From NCBI GenBank assembly GCA_963762145.1, contig CAVXJS010000009.1:768001-832000 (forward strand): a DNA stretch of 64,000 nt. The letters run 5' to 3'. Both the position numbers and the translations under genes were made by a program. The DNA comes from an uncultured Candidatus Rokubacteria bacterium. Its GTDB lineage: Bacteria; Methylomirabilota; Methylomirabilia; Rokubacteriales; CSP1-6. Positions 60,581 to 64,000 of the stretch are shown here, piece after piece (within the stretch, counting starts at the first letter, position 1; the number at the start of each line of letters is the position of its first letter). The notes beneath the pieces were generated by a model. The model saw only the letters and a program-made list of their open reading frames with translations. It did not search any database and had not been told where the DNA came from.

Positions 60581-61733
60581 GGGCACGCGGTCACCATTGC
60601 CCGATCGAGGAGCGAGCGGAGCACCGGCGTCGAAGTGGGAGGCCGCAATCTCGCGCGCGGACGCGCATGGGCGGGCAACCGCGCCTCGATCTCTTCGAGC
60701 GCCGCGGGCGCCTCTCGGGCGAGGTGAAGGCGAGCAGACCTTCACCGGTCGGCAGCCATTGGTTGAAACCGGTGTCCTGGCGAACAACGGGGCGACCACT
60801 TGCGAGATAAGCCGCGCTGCGTTCGCTGAACCAGCCGCAGCGGCTCGTCACATAGCCGTGCTTGGCCACGCTGAATTCGCCCTTGAGAACGCCGGATGTA
60901 GCTGCTGGTAAGCCCACGGATCGCGGCGTCGTTGAGCGGATCGCGCAGGCGCCAACCGTTTTCGCGAAGCTGGGCGCGGGGGGCCGGTCCGCCGCCCACC
61001 GCCAGCTCGAAACGCCGCCTCGCGAGCGCGCCGGAAGTCCAGGTAGATGCGAAAGAGTCCGACTTCATCCCGAAGCGCCGCCCGCATGTATTCCGCGCGG
61101 GGTAGCTATCCCACTGCATCACGGTCGTGAACGGGCGTCGGCGGGGCCGGGCGTTACGGCCAGGCGTCGAGGACAATCGGCTGGCGCGTGGCTTGCCACG
61201 GCAAGCCATCGTCCGGTAATTCACATCCGGCGGAACCGATGTTCAGCCGAAGGTAAAGAAACGATTGTGTCTTTCGGCAAGTGTCTTCCGGACGGGGTCG
61301 GTGAGGTGGCGGATCTGGGTGAACAGCGGATCGGTATCTATCGACGCGCACCGGGACATCGTCGAACCATGGTCTAGCGGCGTGTGAGCCGGAGAGGTTC
61401 ATCAAAAGATCCGCCCCGGAGATGATCTCCCTGATCTGTGTTGCGGCCGGGCCATGCCAACGATGGCTATGAGCATCGTAGTACGCCCAGCACTCGCCCA
61501 GACCGACGCGTTCGAAGCAGTCGGCCGCAAATTTCAGGCCGTAGGTGGGGTTCTGGTCGGTGACACCGCGGGTGGGGTCATAGCAACAGTATTCCGTGTC
61601 GCCGCTGTCTTCGAGAAACCATACGTCGTGACCGAGTTCGCGCAGGCCCATTAGATATTGGAGATGGTGCCAGGCCATGCCACCCATCGGGCCGCGAACC
61701 AGATAGCCCAGCACCAGAATGCGCAGGGAGCAT
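60577..61733 (-). CDS. glycosyltransferase-like protein, paralog 2 (frameshifted)
   Basis: GGMAWHHLQY..GLRELGHDVWFLED, KGEFSVAKHGYV and GWFSERSAAYLASGRPVV motifs. Confidence 0.75.
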
Positions 61734-61739
61734 GATCTC

Positions 61740-62882
61740 TTAAATCCCGATCTCATTGAGAAATTTTGTAGGATAACCTCGGCATCGAGGTACTCGCAGG
61801 CGATTTCCCGGGCTTTCCTTGAGTGGCGGTCGTAGTCGCCCTCGATCTCGTCCAGGGCGGCGGCAGCTTCCTCGACGTACGGACGGCGAAGAGCCCCTCG
61901 CCCACCGGCAGATGCCGGCTGAAACCGGTCTCCTGCAACACGACCGGCCGCCCGCCGCCAAGTAGGCGGCGCTGCGGTCGCTGAACCATCCGCTATCCGT
62001 CGCCACGAACACGTTCTTGCACACGCTGAACTCGCCCCGGGAGGCTACGGATATAGTCAAGGTAGGCGTCGTAGGAGACGGTGACATCGTGAGCATCGCG
62101 CGCGTGCCGGAGCCAGCCAGCCTCGGCCGCAGCCATCGGGACCTTCAGCCCCGGCGACGGCGAGCTCAGCGGACGCGCACGTGCGGCGGCAGGTCCATGA
62201 ACCGCGCGAACTCGACGTCCTTCTGCCCGTAAGTCCCGACCGTCGAAGCGATCGATCGGGTGGGCGCTGCCAGTTCATGACGGTGGTGAACGGGGCATCG
62301 GCGGCGGCGGAGGCGGTCGAACAGATCCGGGACGACCGGGTTGAACACCTGGCGCCAGGATCCTCCCGGCGCTCGGCGCGGTGCTCGCGGCGTGCCGACG
62401 TTCTGGCCCGATCGTGTAGTGAAGTCGTACTCGCGGCACCTCGCCCGAGGCGAGATGCTGCTCCACTTCATCTGGGTGAACCCCGGCTCGCCTCCACTAG
62501 CACCGCGAGCCTGGCCGTCGCGGCCTCCCGCAGCCAGGACCCGTGCGTCCCAGGTCGACGAACAGATCGGCGGAGCGGAACACCGCCTTGATCTCGCCGC
62601 GAGCCAGCCCGTGGTACTGCCCCGCCGCGTCCACGTAGCACCACCGGCTCGCTCGAGCCCGAAGCGCTCGAGCAGATCGTGGACGCACGGCACGCCGAAC
62701 GTGCAGTCGTCGCCCATGACGTTGCCGACCGGATCGAAGCACGAGTTCGGGTAGCCGCTCTTCTCGACCAAGTAGACGTCGTGCCCGAGCCGGTGGAACC
62801 CGACGAGCCACTGCAGCACCCAGGACAGATTACCGCCAAGCGGGTAGCGGACCATGTACGAGCCGAGAACGATCCGCGCCAC
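61740..62882 (-). CDS. glycosyltransferase-like protein, paralog 3 (frameshifted)
   Basis: GGNLSWVLQW..GF.RLGHDVYLVE, YGQKD.E, SRGEFSVCKNVFV and GWFSDRSAAYLA motifs. Confidence 0.75.
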
Positions 62883-62886
62883 CCGA

Positions 62887-63775
62887 CTAGACTGCCTTCC
62901 CGCTCGTGTCGAGCGACGCCAGGACCTCGTGTTCGAGAGTACGGAGCGTCTCCACCGATCGACGTCGACATTCGGCGCGCGAGCCCTTGCGCCTCGCGGG
63001 TCAGGCAGTAGTCGAGGGCCCGTGCGAGCGCGTCATCGGTGAGCGACTCGGCCGCGAGAAGAACGGGCCATCCAATCGCCCCCGCCTGGCGCCGAAGCTT
63101 TGCCCCTCCGGCGATCGGATCGACAGCGACGGGCGGTACTCCGTGCTTGATCGCGAGGACAAGGCCGTGGAGGCGCGTGGTGACGACGGCGTCCATCCGG
63201 GCGACGAGCGACTCCACCTGGGCAGTGGTCCTCAGCCCGGTCGCGTTGACATCCAACCGGGTGTCAATGCGCACCACCACCACGTCTTGCCCGGCGATCA
63301 CGCGGTGGATGGCGGCGTCCACCGCGCCGTGAAGTCCGCCGTGGTACTCTTTCTGCGGGTGTACGAGGATCACTCCTACGAGCGGAACCATCGCCGACTT
63401 CGCCAGAAAGGTAAGATCCGGCCGCGCCCCTTCCGAGCTGTCCCGCGCGAAGAGCGCGTGAAAAGGGTTCCAGGTATCGAGCGGCGCGAGCATCGAGAGG
63501 TTGAGCCCGACGAGGCGGCTTCGCGCGAAGCGGGCGAGAAAGTCGGTGAGAGGCCAACCGTTGCCGAAGGGGCCACACACGAAGATCACGTGCGTGTACC
63601 GCTCCGGGTCGGCGGCGCGCCAGTCGACACCTCCCGGGAACGGGGGAGCGTGGGCGACGTCGTAGGGGTGACCCGCCCGCTCGAGCCAGGAGCAGGCGAC
63701 GTCCCGGGCGAGCAGGTCACCGGCGGTGGCGCCCATGTTTTCGAAGCTGAACCAGCCCGCGACGAGTGTTCTCAC
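62887..63775 (-). CDS. polysaccharide pyruvyl transferase-like protein (3' frameshift)
   Basis: GD near the N-terminus, ARD, PDL and VVTTRLHG..LA...GVP motifs. Confidence 0.7.
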
Positions 63776-63799
63776 CGAGGAGCTCGCGCGAGACGGTCC

Positions 63800-64000
63800 T
63801 CATCCGGCCAACTCCACGACTCGCGTTGTGACGCGGCGCGCATCGAAGTGCTCCTCGGCTAGCACGCGGGCAAGGGTCGACTGGTGCGCGTAGTCGTCGA
63901 TGGCGCGCTGCAAGAGGACCCCGGCCTCATCACAACCGCGGAAGCGGAGGAGGCCGGCGTCGTCAGGGAGAGTACCGAGCTCGGGCCCGTGTATTCGACC
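63800..64000 (-). CDS. glycosyltransferase-like protein, paralog 4, C-terminal part (runs off the window)
   Basis: TGPS..LPDDAGLLRF...DYAHQS.LAR.LAEEHFDARRV matches the C-termini of paralogs 1-3. Confidence 0.65.
   Translation of the reverse strand, partial: GRIHGPELGTLPDDAGLLRFRGCDEAGVLLQRAIDDYAHQSTLARVLAEEHFDARRVTTRVVELAG

Overview
High-GC bacterial chromosome segment, probably Candidatus Rokubacteria/Methylomirabilota. That placement is an inference from 16S features and gene repertoire; no database check was possible. Positions 1-48 kb are mostly core genome: the 5' half of an rRNA operon (minus strand: 16S, tRNA-Ile, tRNA-Ala, 23S), tyrS, a class A PBP, glyQS-recO-era-ybeY-phoH-aspS-hisS, a cluster of uncharacterised envelope proteins with a porin-like gene, pccB and methylmalonyl-CoA mutase, and a long lipA-nuoA..K-pdhABC-lpdA-acyl-CoA dehydrogenase run lacking nuoLMN. 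The strongest signal is an IS110-family element at 28136-29260, inserted at a CT core inside a REP-like hairpin. Its non-coding left end encodes a fully decodable bridge RNA whose four guide segments match the reconstructed target and donor sites, and a sigma70 promoter forms only at the circle junction. Other highlights: a peroxiredoxin-like gene missed by the ORF track with an in-frame UGA at the peroxidatic position plus a SECIS-like hairpin (likely selenoprotein), a ~34-nt repeat family at gene junctions of the nuo/pdh operon (one copy translated in LipA), many apparently leaderless genes, and a tRNA-Leu 3'-end fragment at 52117 that may mark an island edge. The right end holds lpxD-lpxA-lpxB, a PilZ-REC gene, a deletion scar, and an uncharacterised cluster of at least four paralogous glycosyltransferase-like genes with an ABC exporter and a kinase. 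Beyond ~49.9 kb frameshifts are dense and look like low-coverage long-read errors, so gene boundaries there are approximate. No CRISPR array was seen.
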